Shown piece after piece: positions 19,471 through 31,578 of a stretch of 64,000 nucleotides of DNA. The stretch comes from a virus. Both the position numbers and the translations under genes were made by a program. Position 1 is the first letter of the stretch. Every line of letters begins with the position of its first letter. The DNA lies in the IMG/VR virus record IMGVR_UViG_3300041964_000068, positions 1 through 64,000 of that record. The stretch is one strand, 5' to 3'. Under the pieces are notes generated by a model. That model ran no database searches, had not been told where the DNA came from, and saw nothing but the letters and a program-made list of their open reading frames with translations.

Positions 19471-19663
19471 CGTTTTCTTCCTCGTCCAGTTTTCTGCTGT
19501 CGTTAATACCGTGACGAACCCCGCACTTAAACGACTTTCGGTAGTCGGCTCTCTGGCTTTCGGGTAAGTCGGACTCTCGAAAAACTCGCTCACCGTGGCC
19601 TGTTGAAAGTCCGTGCTGATACCCCAACAATTCAGGCCGATCGGTGATAATTCGCTTTGTCAC
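19463..19663 (-). CDS. Hypothetical protein
   Basis: GTG start with AGGAG RBS. Confidence 0.5.
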   Translation of the reverse strand: MTKRIITDRPELLGYQHGLSTGHGERVFRESDLPESQRADYRKSFKCGVRHGINDSRKLDEEENDD

Positions 19664-19721
19664 ACCCCTACTCCTTTCAAGTAAGTGAATCAGGGGCGAT
19701 ATTCTCGCCCCAACCGCATAC

Positions 19722-20773
19722 CTACACCTGCCGCTCTAGCTGCTTGGCGGACGCTTCGAGCGCTTCCAGCATCACACCCTCGTCTTGCGCGAGTAGCTTG
19801 ATCACAGCCCGGAGAGTGTCACCGCTCGCACCGTCAAGCAGCCGCTTCACCTGGGCGGGCAGCACTTTTTCATCCTTGAGCGAAGCGGCAAGCGCCGACT
19901 CGATCGTTTCTTGCGCCTTCTCCCTCCGCTCTTTCAATTGGGCGCTCACTTCGGGGTTGGCCTGAGCTTGCTCTGTAATTCCTTATGCTTAAGCTGCTTG
20001 GCGAGAGTGCTTGTCGCTTTTTGTCCGCTCGCCTTAGCCGTATTTGCCAGAGTGATGACGCGGGTCAGTCGCTTTTTGGAAGCCTTTACAGGGTTGGAGT
20101 TTTTCCCGCTGCTCCTCTTTGATGATCTCGATCGCCACACCCGCAGCAACCTCGCCGTTCTTGACGATTTCTTGCGCTTCGGGCAGCAGGTTCGGCAGGT
20201 TGAGGAGTTCCCCGATCGCCTCAGCGCTGATGCCGAGGATTCCCGGCAAATCCTCTTTCCGTGCCCCCAAACTCAGCATCCGCTGAACATTCAGCGCCTT
20301 CTCCATTTTGCTGTAGTCTTTGCGGCCTGAGTTCTCAACCCATGGCGAAACACAAAATCGAGCGGGTTGCCGCCTTTTTCCAAGTCTGTCGGCGCTTCGA
20401 GGATATTCGCGCCGAATACCTTGATCGCGATGTTGGCGGCGGTTGTACGGCGGTTGCCCGCTGTCACTGTGAACGTCTCAGCTTCGCCGTCCCAGTAGCC
20501 TCGTAGCGGCTCCTGAATGCCAAAGCGAGTTACTGAGTTCACAAGCCAGCGCATTGATTTGTCATCGTCGGGGCTAGCCTGATCTAAAATCCGCTCAATC
20601 TCAAGCTTGTCTTCTTCTGTCAGTTCGTAGCCGGGATCGCAAACGCGCTGCGCCCACTCTAGCGGGAAGTCCCCGAAGTCTTTACGATCGTTTTCTGGGT
20701 TGAGACGGAGTAGTGAAATTGCTGCCCAACCACCAGAACGCTTACGGGTAAGAGAGTGTGCTTCAAATTTCAT
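19722..20773 (-). CDS. ParB/Spo0J-like protein, frameshifted
   Basis: SVTRFGIQEPLRG...VTAGNRRTTAA; HTH in ORF 20034..20306 (KEDLPGILGISAEAIGELLNL); split over several ORFs. Confidence 0.75.
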
Positions 20774-20814
20774 CTTCTTGCTCCTGCTAACTTGTTTTAT
20801 CCCCTACGCTTTTA

Positions 20815-20843
20815 AGCTTAGGTGACTTACGAAAAAGTGTCAA
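20815..20843 (-). promoter_or_regulatory. Early promoter with operator
   Basis: TTGACA-CTTTTTCGTAAGTCACC-TAAGCT. Confidence 0.75.
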
Positions 20844-20894
20844 GAGTATTTCAAAAAATCTTCTATACTGAGAGGCGCAACAAGAGGAGTAGCT

Positions 20895-21092
20895 ATGGAT
20901 ATCAACGAAGTAAGGCAGCGGAAACTCGCTTTGGAGCAATCAATTAAAGCGGCAATTCTTCAGTTTGAGGACGAAACTGGAGGCGCGGTAGATCAGGTCT
21001 TCATCTACCGAGAAAACATCACGAGCTTCCTGAGAACTGGTAATACCGCTTCAACGCTATGCGAAGTCGGAGTAAGCGTAAGGATAGAGTAG
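20895..21092 (+). CDS. Hypothetical phage protein
   Basis: GAGGAG RBS plus ATG. Confidence 0.6.
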   Translation: MDINEVRQRKLALEQSIKAAILQFEDETGGAVDQVFIYRENITSFLRTGNTASTLCEVGVSVRIE

Positions 21093-21157
21093 CCCTGTAG
21101 CTACACGAATTTCTGACTTTTCCGTAAGCCGCCCTCAGCTTAAGCGTAAGTTGGGAG

Positions 21158-24100
21158 ATGGCCCAACCTCCTATTCTCGTCCTTACCCCGGCCTGGAGCC
21201 TCCAGGAAAAGCACAAGACCGAAAACTACGCGACCCCGCTCGGAGATGGCTACGCTCAGCGGGCGATCGGCGGCATGAGTTCGGCCTTGGTTGAATGGGA
21301 GGTGAGCCGAACGGGACTCACCGAGGCGCAAGTAAATGCGCTGTTTGCTGAGCTTGAACTATACACAGGAGTTACAGGCTTCCAATGGCGTCCCGACCCC
21401 ACGATCGGCTATCAGGTCTATACCTGCGAGCGGTGGAACAAGACACCGATGGGCGGAATGTATGGCAAATTAGCGCCACGTTTACCGAAGACGTTTCAGG
21501 CCAGTGTGTTGCCGCTCTTGACGAACTCGACACAACTGAGGTGACAGCTGGCTGAGCGCGGCGAATACCTGGATGGCGACCTTCTCGCGCAACACTCAGC
21601 CGATGATCGCCAACACGGTAGCAGGCAAGCCCTACTTACTTGTCAATGCCTTTCACGATGTTCTTGGGCGCGGGCGGTTACTTTCCCGCATCCGCAGGGA
21701 CGACTGAGGGGCAGTTCTTGATGATCCGCGCCTGTCTCGCGGTCTTCGCCAGACCGGAGTACAGGCTTGGCGGCAACGCGCGATTGACATGGCGGAACCG
21801 CTTGAACCTGTACTCTATCGCGGCGTCACCGTCCCTACAAACACGAATACCGTCTGGTTGCCGCACTGGGTTTTTAACGTCAAGTCCAGCTTTACCGCCA
21901 AGGGTAAGGTCAACGCTGACCGCTGGCCTATGGATACTTTGACGTGCTAGTGAGCTTTACTAATGGCGTCGGGCAAATCTCTACAGGCTCTCCCAACGAT
22001 GGGGACAGCTCAGTGATGTTTTTTCGGTCTACGCCACAGGTGCAAAACTACTCTGGCAAAACGTCTACGCTCCGGTTGTTTTCGGCACGAGCTACGCGAT
22101 CGAGTACTGGGTTGCAAACTTCATGCTGGCGGGGCAGAACTACCGCATCTACCCCACGACAGCGGCTAGTAACGGCACACCCCCAATTCCAACGAACGAA
22201 GCCGCAGGCACAATCAAGCTGACGACAAGCTTTACAGGACAGCTAAAAACTTGCTATGCCGCCTACACCGGGGGGACGATCGGCGTCAATCAGGTTTTCG
22301 ATCCTACCCAATGTGGAGAAGCTTGCTAACGGGAGAAATCAACAGCGCTACTGACGTGCATTGGTGGGCGTGGGAAGCTTACGAACTCCTGTACACCTAT
22401 ACCGGGAACGAGAAGTGGAAGCGAGCGGCTGACACCACGAAGTACAGCACGGTAATTACCTCGGTCGTCGAGAATCCGACGCACTGGTACAAGCAGGAAA
22501 ACAATCCTGATCCGTTCGCCTATCCCGGAACGCAAGTTGTTCAAGCGAACAACACGAACGGCTACACCGCCAGCCGTGTAACCAGCGGCACGTTTCTAAA
22601 TTTCATTCAGCTTGCCGTCAACGCTGCACCCAACGGGACATTTCCGAGTATCGAGGTGCAGAAATTTCGCGGTGCAGGCCAAGATCGAAGAGAACGTTAC
22701 CGTGTCGGCGCAGGCGGGACGATCGATCGCCGGACTCATTGAGGCCGCGCTTTCAACTTCCACAGATCCCTTTGACCTCACCAAAACCTATACGGCAAAT
22801 TGGGCAATCACCGCCAACGCCATCAACACCCGAACTTTTCTACCTGGGGAATTTATTCTCTGGAGTACAAGCTATTTGGTTTGGTATCCGACGATTGCGG
22901 AAACACCAATTTACACCTACTCAGGCGGTGGGGGTACAGCGTCCGGCATTTTCTACGGACATTCAGACGTGCCCGAAGATGGCCTAAATTATCGACCTGT
23001 TATTGCTCAGCTAGCCCTAAATGCGGGTTCAGGCGGCTTTGCAGTGCGGGCTTAGTCCTAATCGGCAAAGCAATTCGTAGACCTCCCTACCTACACTATC
23101 GGTTTAAACGGTACGGCGGTTTTGCGGATCACGGACGCTAGCGGATTCAAATGGGATTGCACCCTTGCTCAAACTTCGTCAAACGCCAAACACAGGCGGA
23201 TGGACGAAGCGACAATTTTCAGTGGGGAGACTTCAACTTTTCAAGCACAAACAGCGGCACGATCCCGGTTCACCCGACAATCAAGGAGCAATTACCGCGA
23301 TCGAAGTTAATGGGATTGCAGGACAAGGGCAATGCACTTTCGGGATTTACTGGGCTGCGAAAACGCCAGAAAAGAGCCGGAAAGACTACCGTTTCCTTGC
23401 GTTGTTTACAAGGGAGCGCTTGTCTCTCGCGCTAAAACAAGCCACAACTTTTTTGTAGGGAATTTCCGGCCTGTTGGCAGCACTTCAGACGCCTTACTGT
23501 ATAATCCCGGCGTCTGTGCCGTTTACCGTAAACATTGTCAACAACATCGTAGATGCGTGGCGCGGAATTCCCTACGTAGGATATCAAGACCCAATCTGGT
23601 ATGACTGGGGCTATCCCGATCGCGGCGATCAAGTGCTGGAATTTCTCGCGGCCTCACAAGCTGCCTACACCCTTTCGACCGGAGTCGTGGGTGGATTTGC
23701 CCCTGCTTTTTAGCTGGGGATACTGGGATGCTTCCGACTATCTCGCCAACGGCCTCAATCAGTTTGGCTGGGCGGGCGCTGATCCGAACACCAGTTGGGG
23801 ACAGTATGGCTATCGACCGCTGGAAGCGACGGCGAAGACTTGGTATAAAAATCCTCGCAACACTAAAGCGCGAGAGATTGTGATGCGGTTTCTGAGCATG
23901 ATGGATTCGCATTACATTCGCAACAACACGAATATGCCGTTCACAGATTTCAAGCCCGCTGCTCCGCCTTTTGTCGGCTATCACGATCCGGCAGCTTCAG
24001 CCCTAATCGGGCGGGCGGCGATCTACGCCAATCTTGCGGGCGGCAGTCCGGCTGTCACCTATCGGGTACTCACCCGCACCTATCGACACCTCAAATCTCA

Positions 24101-24279
24101 GTACGTCAGTAGCGGCACGATGGCGGGAACCTGGAGCGCTGGGCAGCCCACATTCAGCAGCGGCGGAACACCTATCGCGAATGGTTTGGATTCTGGCAGG
24201 GGAGATTTTAGAATTCTTGGCGCTGCTGCTGTCCAAGCGAAATGAGCTAACTCTGCCGCCCTGTGGAACTTTAATCTAA
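21158..24279 (+). CDS. Tail protein: gpM/Dit-like N-terminal domain fused to a GH8-like (alpha/alpha)6 glycoside hydrolase region; several frameshifts
   Basis: TPAWS...LGDGYAQRAIGGMS...FQWRP (lambda gpM-like); AGTTEGQFLMIRA and NSATDVHWWAWEAY (GH8-like); pieced together from consecutive ORFs. Confidence 0.65.
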
Positions 24280-24281
24280 GT

Positions 24282-24314
24282 GAAAACGCCAGCCCCGAAG
24301 AGACTGGCGTTTTC
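24282..24314. terminator. Bidirectional terminator between convergent tail genes
   Basis: GAAAACGCCAG-11nt-CTGGCGTTTTC. Confidence 0.7.
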
Positions 24315-24452
24315 TGGATCGACCCGTAGCTGTGCGTTTAGCGGAGGGTATGGTGTCAGGGGTCAGAATTGCACTGACTGATTTTCAGGGTATGAACCTG
24401 CTGAGCCGCTGTTGCTCCATCCCTGCAAGTAATATCAATGCTACATCAAGCA

Positions 24453-25137
24453 ATCAAAAAGTGTCAAACCCTAAAGCTCATCCCGTTAAGACTTGCAATT
24501 TGGCTGCGGGTGTAGTTCCACCTGCGAAAAACTGCACATCTCCTGTACTGGCAACAATAATCACAGGATCAGATCCAGTCATTTGAAAAGCATCACAAGC
24601 GAATCGAAGGTTGGCACTAGGTCTAAACCCAGTCGGTAAGTTTGTAATCACCATTCCTGCCGTATAAGTCCCTGTGCGAGTTACTGATCCTCGTAGTAGA
24701 ACTTCATTGAGAAATTTGGTGTACTCGCAGTTCTGAGTAGCCCCGCCTAAGTTAGCAAAGCTGTTTGAAAAGTGAACGATGTCCAGACAGGAGCGCCGTT
24801 CGTATCTTCAAGCTGCCAGAATCCCCCCAGGTTGTATAAACGTCGCCGAACTGATGTAGAACCGATCGCCAGTGTGCCCTGAAGGGAAATGCCGTTGCCG
24901 TCGAACAAAGTGATCGTGTGTGAGCCGTTGTTTTGAATTGTGACGCGCTGACCGTTTGAACCTGTGCCGATTTGCGGGTTTGAGGTGAGCGTGATGGCGG
25001 CGGCGGACGTGACTGGACAGATCTGACTGGCGACACTCGCAGTAATTGCAATCGTGCTGGTAGCGGTAATCGCCTGCGAGGAATTGACGAGCGGGGGCGC
25101 TGCTGCCTCCCGCTGCGGGCTTGACGGCTCCAAGCAT
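24453..25137 (-). CDS. Tail fibre / receptor-binding protein, frameshifted
   Basis: AITLTSNPQIGTGSNGQRVTIQNNGSHTITL; C-terminus EVLLRGSVT...ITNLPTGFRPS typical of fibre head domains. Confidence 0.6.
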
Positions 25138-25775
25138 TATGATCCTCCCCAAAGTAGCTGTAGCGTGGTGTTGGTGCGGCAGAGGCGCGAATCCGGATCG
25201 CTTGGGCGAAGAAATCGCGCAAGTCAAACGCCAGGATCACCTTTCCGGTCGTGGCGGCAAGCAGGGTCGGATCAACGTTTGAGCCGTTTGTGTCACCACT
25301 CAAGCGCAAAATCGAGTTAGCGAAGGCGCGGTTTAAAATGCGTTCCGGTGTTCAAATGAATCTGCATATCGCTGTCTGCATGAGCGCGAGTCGCGATTTC
25401 AAGACCTGTGAGCGGGTTGCCTCCGGTGTTGTTGATTTGAATCCGAAAGCGGGTAAAACCCTCGGTGACGATCGTCTGCCCAGCGCTAGCCGTCAACGCC
25501 ACGCCCCCCGTCACCGTCAATGTCGCGGTTGTGCGTAGGTCGCGTTGGCAATAGTATTAACCGCTAGCCGCCCCGAAACCAGATTCGCAGGGAGCCTGTT
25601 CTCGGTATCAACCAAGTTGCGTTATCGTTACGAGGTTGGTGTTGACGGTATCGAGCTTGGCGTTTGCGCCGGGGTCAATTCTGATGAAATCATCCCCAGC
25701 GCCGCCATTGTCCTCGACTCGCGTTGAGCGCGGCGTGTTGACTCCATCGATATACGGTCGTGTAACAATTGCCAT
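25135..25775 (-). CDS. Putative tail-associated structural protein, frameshifted
   Basis: ATG 25775 (MAIVTRPYIDG); Thr/Gly/Asn-rich; joins ORF fragments 25317..25520 and the 5' part of 24752..25309. Confidence 0.5.
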
Positions 25776-25790
25776 AATTTCAACCTATGC

Positions 25791-28470
25791 CTAAATCAAT
25801 ACAAGTGCCTGTGAACGAGTCAAATTCAGGCTTCCGTTCGCCGCCGTCACGACAGGAGAACTCACCCGCCAATCTGATATCTTGCCGTTGAGGTCGATCG
25901 CCGCCACGCGAATAAAATAAGTACCCTGGCTGACACCTTCAAAGCGCGTTTCATAGCTCCCCTTAATCACCGTGCGCGTATCCTGCCAGGTGATTCCGTC
26001 GCGAGAGTATTCCACGTACACGGCTTTAATCAAAGCGGCAGTCGCGGCGTTCAGCGTCCAGCCCGCCACGAGGGGTGTAATCGATCGTCGTATTCCTATC
26101 ACCGCAATAGCGCCAGCCGTCACAGCAGCAGGCGGCGTGACAACGGTGGGGATTGAGAATCGCGTCGGCGCGGCCTCAACTTCGACCTGGCTTTCGATCG
26201 CGGCGTACTTGCTGGGGTTGTACTCGATCGCGTTAATTTCAACCCGCGTCGGATCTCCGGCCTTGGGTGCAACGCTCACCACGCGAAAGGTCTGAGGCTG
26301 CACATTAGGGTCACGGACAATCCAGTTGGACTCCGCGAGCGGAACTTCCGAGAAAGCTGCTGTAACAGCAATTACGCTGGCGACACCTGTCCCTGAAATC
26401 GTGCGGGTTTGCAGCGCACCGGACGGCAGCATAACCGTGATCGTGAAACCCGCGCCAACCACGACCGGAGAATCGAGGGTGACAGTCGTAGCGGTGGCGG
26501 CGGCAATCAAACCGCCGTAGCGAATATTGGCAAATTCATCGTCTGCAACTTGAATCACCTCGCCGGGGCGGCAGTAAGCGGCGAAGCTACGAGCGGTAAA
26601 CGAAACACTGCGAGTTTCATAACGGCTCGAATACAGCGCCCAGCGCCCTACCCGAATTGCCAGCGCCCGCGACGTACAGCCGAAGGCGGCGATTTCGATT
26701 TCGCGAATGCCGTACTTGTTAATCCCAACAACATCCTCAACCGTCTCAACCGCTCGCTGGTACTCGTCTTCGGGGTCGTTCCAGGTCACACGCGCAACCG
26801 TGTGACGAGCGCGAATCGCCGTGCTGGAGTAGGTAAACCTGCCTGAAATATCCGCCTGGGTGAACTGCCGCACCGGAGTAGCGGGGCGATCTTGCCAGAA
26901 TTTAACAATCCCGCCGCTCCAGTACGGCTTCATGTGGCAAGCGCTGCAAAATGCGTTAATCACCTCCCACGCTTTTTCTCCCGACTGCAACTGCGTGTTA
27001 CAGCTATACCGCCGTTCGCTATAGCCAAGTCCAGTGGGGAGCATCTGATTGTTGTAGACCGAGCATTCGTACAAGTTCCATTTATCAATCAGCGAATCCT
27101 CGATCGAGCGCCCCAGGCCGTAGCGATTATTCGTGAGCAGATCAAATAAATGCCACACCGGATCGGCGCAGGCTTTCGAGGGAACGTAAAACGTGCCGTT
27201 CCAGGCTCCCGAAAAGTTCAGCCCGCGATCGGCGGCAACGGTGGCGTTAGAGGGAATCCGCACTCGCCGCCCCGCAATCTTGTACTGTCGCTGCGGGATA
27301 GAGGAGAACTGCTCAGGCTGAAAATCAAGCAGGACGTAGGCGGTGTAGGGATAGTTGAGCTTGTTTTGGATGACCTCGGTGTAGCTTGACCACTGGAGTT
27401 TTTGGACTTTTTTCTGTGAGGTTGAGTCGCTAGAAATCTTGGTGATCCTGACCTGAACGTATCAACCGTGCCGCCTTGGTTGTTCACCTTGAAGGCGTAC
27501 TCAAGCTCGGTGGGGCTGGAGAATTTGCCTTGCAGGTTTTTCTGATAGCGCGTCTGCCAAGCCGCTCCGCCCTGCTTCACCTCAATGCGGTACTCGATAT
27601 CCGTGCCCGAAACGTCGCCATCGTCTTCATATTTGACAAGCGTTACCGCAATCCGCACCCGGATCAGGTCAAGCTCGCTATTAACGATCGATCGGGTTGT
27701 TGCGCCCAGTGAGTTTTTCACCTCGACGTTGACGCTTGTTTCTGAGGCGATTTCTTCGCCATCGCCTGCAATAATGCTTTGCCCCGGCGAACCCCGGCGC
27801 AATTTGTACTTGAAGCCCTTAAAGTTGAGCGAACCGTCTGCGTTTTGTACCGGGGTCTTATCGAGCAAGATACCTTTACGAGCGCCAACTAGCCCCTCAA
27901 TCTGCCCCTCAGAAATTGCCTCAAGCACATAGGCTCTACTGGTCGATCGGCCTGTGTCGTCGGCCTCTTGCGGCGATCCAGCGCTCTTGCCGCCGCCCAT
28001 GTTGCTAACGCGAATACCGTGTTCGCCTACTAGGTAGGTGTGAGTGTATGCAACCGTGATGTTGTAGACCGTCTCGGTGCTGCGATAGCGCCACCCTAAG
28101 AGCTTGCGGGCAAGATTCGCGCCATCATAAAGCAGATCTCCCGGCGACAGCTTTCCGACTTCCTCGAAAGCTGTCTCACCGCCTAAGTAGCCTGCGACAA
28201 ACCAGTGATTCGGCGTGGCGGGAATCATCCCGCCCTCATAGTCGTACTCCCAGACACCGTGCCCTTCGTGGATATGGGTTTCGGTAACGTAGGAGCTAAC
28301 CACGTTGCCGCGCTTGTCAAAGCAGTAAACGTAATCTCCGACATCTAGCTCGCAAATTGGCCTCAAGCCGAGCGGCGTCTGCACACAGACATCCGCCGGA
28401 AAGCAGCCGCCGAAGCTGCCGGAAAGAAGGGGAGGGCGTTCTCGGTCTTCGCAGGGTTAGCTGTCTTCAT
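25791..28470 (-). CDS. J: Central tail fibre / host-specificity protein J (TipJ) with N-terminal Hint domain, frameshifted
   Basis: LEAISEGQIEGL...TPVQNADGSLNF; DPVWHLFDLLTNNRYGLG; AAFGCTSRALAIRVGRWAL; FN3-like C-terminus. Confidence 0.9.
28001..28405 (-). other. Hint (intein/BIL-like) domain, ~135 aa, inside J
   Basis: GG/CFPADVCVQTPLGLRPICELDVGDYV...ATPNHWF...VYNITVAYTHTYLVGEHGIRVSN/MGGGK. Confidence 0.9.
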
Positions 28471-28574
28471 CAGACTTACCCCGTCTTAAGCTTAAGCTTG
28501 ATAAAATAGAGACGAAAACACCCCGCGATGCTGGACACATCCGGGGAACGGAACGCCTAACAGGAGTAGGGTTC

Positions 28575-29247
28575 ATGAATATTCTACCGATTTCTGTCGA
28601 AGAGTTTTCGATTGCAGAAATTGAGCGGTTTTGGGATAAGGTCGATCGCAGCGCGGGTGATGATGGTTGCTGGCTGTGGACGGGTAGACTTGACAGAGGT
28701 GGATACGGCTCGGTCTGGCGAGGCAGGAAAAAAAGAGCTACACCTGCACACAAATTTTCATTCACATCTTTGCGCGGAGAAGTCCCAAAAGATCTGCAAG
28801 TTCTGCATCGCTGCGATGTAAGGAATTGCGTCAATCCAAAACATCTTTTCTTGGGGACAATTGCCGACAACATGGCTGACAAAACAGCGAAAGGTCGGCA
28901 GTTGAAAGGAGAGAAGATTAAAGCTTCAAAATTAACTGAGGCTTGATGTTTTGCAAATCAAAGAATCAATGGTTTCTGTTTGTCCGAGCGAGCTAGCAAA
29001 GCGGTTCAACGTAGCTCCAAGAACCATTCGAGACATCCTCAATGGACTCACCTGGAAGCACGTTGGCGAAGACACGAAAGGCGTCGAGCGATTCAGGCTT
29101 AGGAAAAGACTGTCAGACGACGAAGTGCGGCAGCTTAGAACACTTGCCAAGCAGACTTCAACCAAAGCAGCGGCAATTGCATACGGAATTCCGTATATTT
29201 CTGCGTGGCAAATCGTGATCGGGAAAAACAGAAAGAATGTCATCTAG
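28575..29247 (+). CDS. HNH homing endonuclease with C-terminal HTH repeats, frameshifted
   Basis: RFWDKVD...CWLWTG...AHKFSF...VLHRCDVRNCVNPKHLFLGTIADNMAD. Confidence 0.9.
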
Positions 29248-29871
29248 CCGTCCTCGTCCAGACTTTCGTCGTCCACCAGCCATGAACGGATTGAAGCGCT
29301 GAGGACTTGTGAACCCACGAGCATCCCGTCATCGAAAACGCCGGATTTGTAGCCGCAGCCTCCGTAGACCAGAGGAAGCCTGCCACCTTGGGCGGTCGTA
29401 TTTTGACCACCATTGAATATGAGGCTGGGCTTCTTCTCGTCGTCGTTTGGATTGGGCGCGGCAGGCTGATTAAACAGCCCCAGGATGCCTGAGAGCGCCA
29501 TCGTTCCGCCAACCAGGGCAAGAGTCGAAGACGAAAGGCCGAGAATCCCCACACCCGCCAAACCCAGACCCAGTAAAGCCGACGCCGAGAATAATCTTGC
29601 CGAAGTTCCCCGCCCCCATCAGCACAGGAGCAATGGTGATCGACTGCTGTCCGGTGGGGTAGTGAAGATGCTTCTCCTCAATATTCCAGTCCCCGACATA
29701 CACCTCATAGGCGTAGCCCCGCTCGTGCGATCGAGCCAGATGCGAGCGAAAGGCGGGGAAGTTCGCCTCCATGCAGGACACGGCCTCACGTACCGAGTTC
29801 ACATCCGCCACAAGCTCGCCCACAAACAAATCGGCTAGCTCGTCTTTGAGAATGATTTTCGTTTTCGGCAC
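29244..29871 (-). CDS. I: Tail assembly protein I (ubiquitin-like fold), frameshifted
   Basis: VNSVREAVSCMEANFP...IAPVLMGAG; FNGGQNTTAQGGRLPLVYG. Confidence 0.88.
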
Positions 29872-30677
29872 TACATCAACTCCTTCCAGCGCAACCGCTG
29901 CACCGTGACATCACGCCAATACGCCCCATAGACCCGCTTTTCAGAAACTCGTGGCGGCTGGAGATGGTGAAGGATTTCGGGCTTGTGAATATCGGTGATG
30001 ATGCCGCAGTGATGCGCGACTTCCCCTTCCATCGTCATCAACACCAGATCATGCTGCTGTAGCGGCGAATCGAGATCGACCGGAACAAACCCGATCGAGG
30101 GCATCGCCTCAGTAAACCGATCCCAGCTTCCCGTTATCTGCTCTCCCGGCGTTGGGGCGCGATCGAAGTCGGGCAAGTCCAGCCCCAACATTCCCCGGTA
30201 GTAATACAGCGCCACCGTCCAGCAATCCGACCGTCCCCACACCCAAGGCCAGCCGAGATAGAACTCCACGACTTGAGGCGTTCCGCTCCGTTCTTGCAGC
30301 GGGAAAGGGTTGAGGCTTGCCGGATCGAAGTAGTCCCAGGTTTTATCTGTGGCGTGAAACAGCAGGTAGGGTAGCTTTGAGCGCTTGCTCTGCCGGATAT
30401 CCTCGAAGCTGAGATAGCCGGGATGATCGTCGGCAAAATGGCTGTGATAGAGCGCTAAGATTTCGTACTTTTCCGAAAGCTGATCGAAATACTTGCGATC
30501 GATCACGAATCCGGCCTTTGGGTCAGGCGCAAGATTATCAGACTCCAGGACATCTATCGCGTCTGTTTCACGGTCGCGCCCAATCATGCCGCAGACTTCT
30601 TGATCTGGGAAGATCTCAGCGTGGGTTTGAATGCGAACTAAAACCGTCTCATCAAACGGGGGAAGTAAATCAGGCAC
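29871..30677 (-). CDS. K: Tail assembly protein K (JAB + NlpC/P60)
   Basis: EVCG...YHSH...LSFED; WGRSDCWT...HHCGI...ILHH. Confidence 0.92.
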   Translation of the reverse strand: MPDLLPPFDETVLVRIQTHAEIFPDQEVCGMIGRDRETDAIDVLESDNLAPDPKAGFVIDRKYFDQLSEKYEILALYHSHFADDHPGYLSFEDIRQSKRSKLPYLLFHATDKTWDYFDPASLNPFPLQERSGTPQVVEFYLGWPWVWGRSDCWTVALYYYRGMLGLDLPDFDRAPTPGEQITGSWDRFTEAMPSIGFVPVDLDSPLQQHDLVLMTMEGEVAHHCGIITDIHKPEILHHLQPPRVSEKRVYGAYWRDVTVQRLRWKELM

Positions 30678-30762
30678 GGCGACTTAAGCTTAGGCGTAAT
30701 TCCTACGAGCTTAGCTGCCAGATCTACCGCAAGGGTGAGAATGATGGAAAATCGCGTTGGGC

Positions 30763-31578
30763 TTATCTCGAATCGCTTTCCACATAGGGAGTAAAACGAT
30801 TGTTCTTTGCCATGTTTTCTTTCGCTGTCAGGATTTGCAGATTTTCAGGAACGTGCAAACCTTGCACCAGTGGATGAATTAGCGGAATGATGTGATCTAC
30901 TTCGTGCTTGATTCCCGTCTCTTCCGTAAGCTGAGCCGCTTTTTGGTAGACAGCTTCGATCGCCTTGAAGTCAGCCCAGGCCGGAGTTGCTTGCAGCTTG
31001 GCAGCGCGGCGCTTGTTTGCCCACGCCAGCACTTTTACTTTGTTCTGCCGTTTGTAGCGACGATTGTCTTCGCCGTGACAGGACTTGCACCACGAAGAAA
31101 GGCCGGAACTTCCAGCTACAAACGCTTTGAAGTGGGACGAGTCAAGCATTTGCTTGCATCTTGTGCAAATCTTCTGCTCAACCAAAGTTTTGGCCGGATC
31201 AAGTTTAAGCTTTTCGTATCGGGCTTTTTTCTGCTTTGAAGCGCAGCTTTTACATTGAGATTCCCTACCGCAAGGTTCCTTTTTGCTTCGGTAGAAAGAC
31301 TCCATCGGCAAAATAACGCTGCATTTCGAGCAGGGCTTTTCAGTAGGCGGAGTATATGGAATCGGGGGATTTAGCTCAAGTTCTTTCTTGCGCCTTTCTC
31401 TCTTCGTCTGTACGTTGATCTGTATCAGGCAAGATTTGCATTTGGAGCCATGCCGTCTCCCGCGAAATGTGTAATAGTCGCCTTCCGGTTTGGGAACAGA
31501 GCAAACAGTGCAGACGATCGTTTTATCGCTAGAAGGTTTCTCGCAGTCAAGGCCGAGTGAAAGCTGTACAATATTCAT
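30763..31578 (-). CDS. HNH endonuclease with N-terminal zinc-finger repeats
   Basis: Multiple CxxC; RRAAKLQATPAW...HEVDHIIPL...GLHVPENLQILTAKEN. Confidence 0.88.
   Translation of the reverse strand: MNIVQLSLGLDCEKPSSDKTIVCTVCSVPKPEGDYYTFRGRRHGSKCKSCLIQINVQTKRERRKKELELNPPIPYTPPTEKPCSKCSVILPMESFYRSKKEPCGRESQCKSCASKQKKARYEKLKLDPAKTLVEQKICTRCKQMLDSSHFKAFVAGSSGLSSWCKSCHGEDNRRYKRQNKVKVLAWANKRRAAKLQATPAWADFKAIEAVYQKAAQLTEETGIKHEVDHIIPLIHPLVQGLHVPENLQILTAKENMAKNNRFTPYVESDSR

Noticed and set aside
21158-25775. Convergent tail genes as an invertible host-range cassette or DGR target
   Set aside because: No flanking inverted repeats, invertase, reverse transcriptase or TR/VR pair seen
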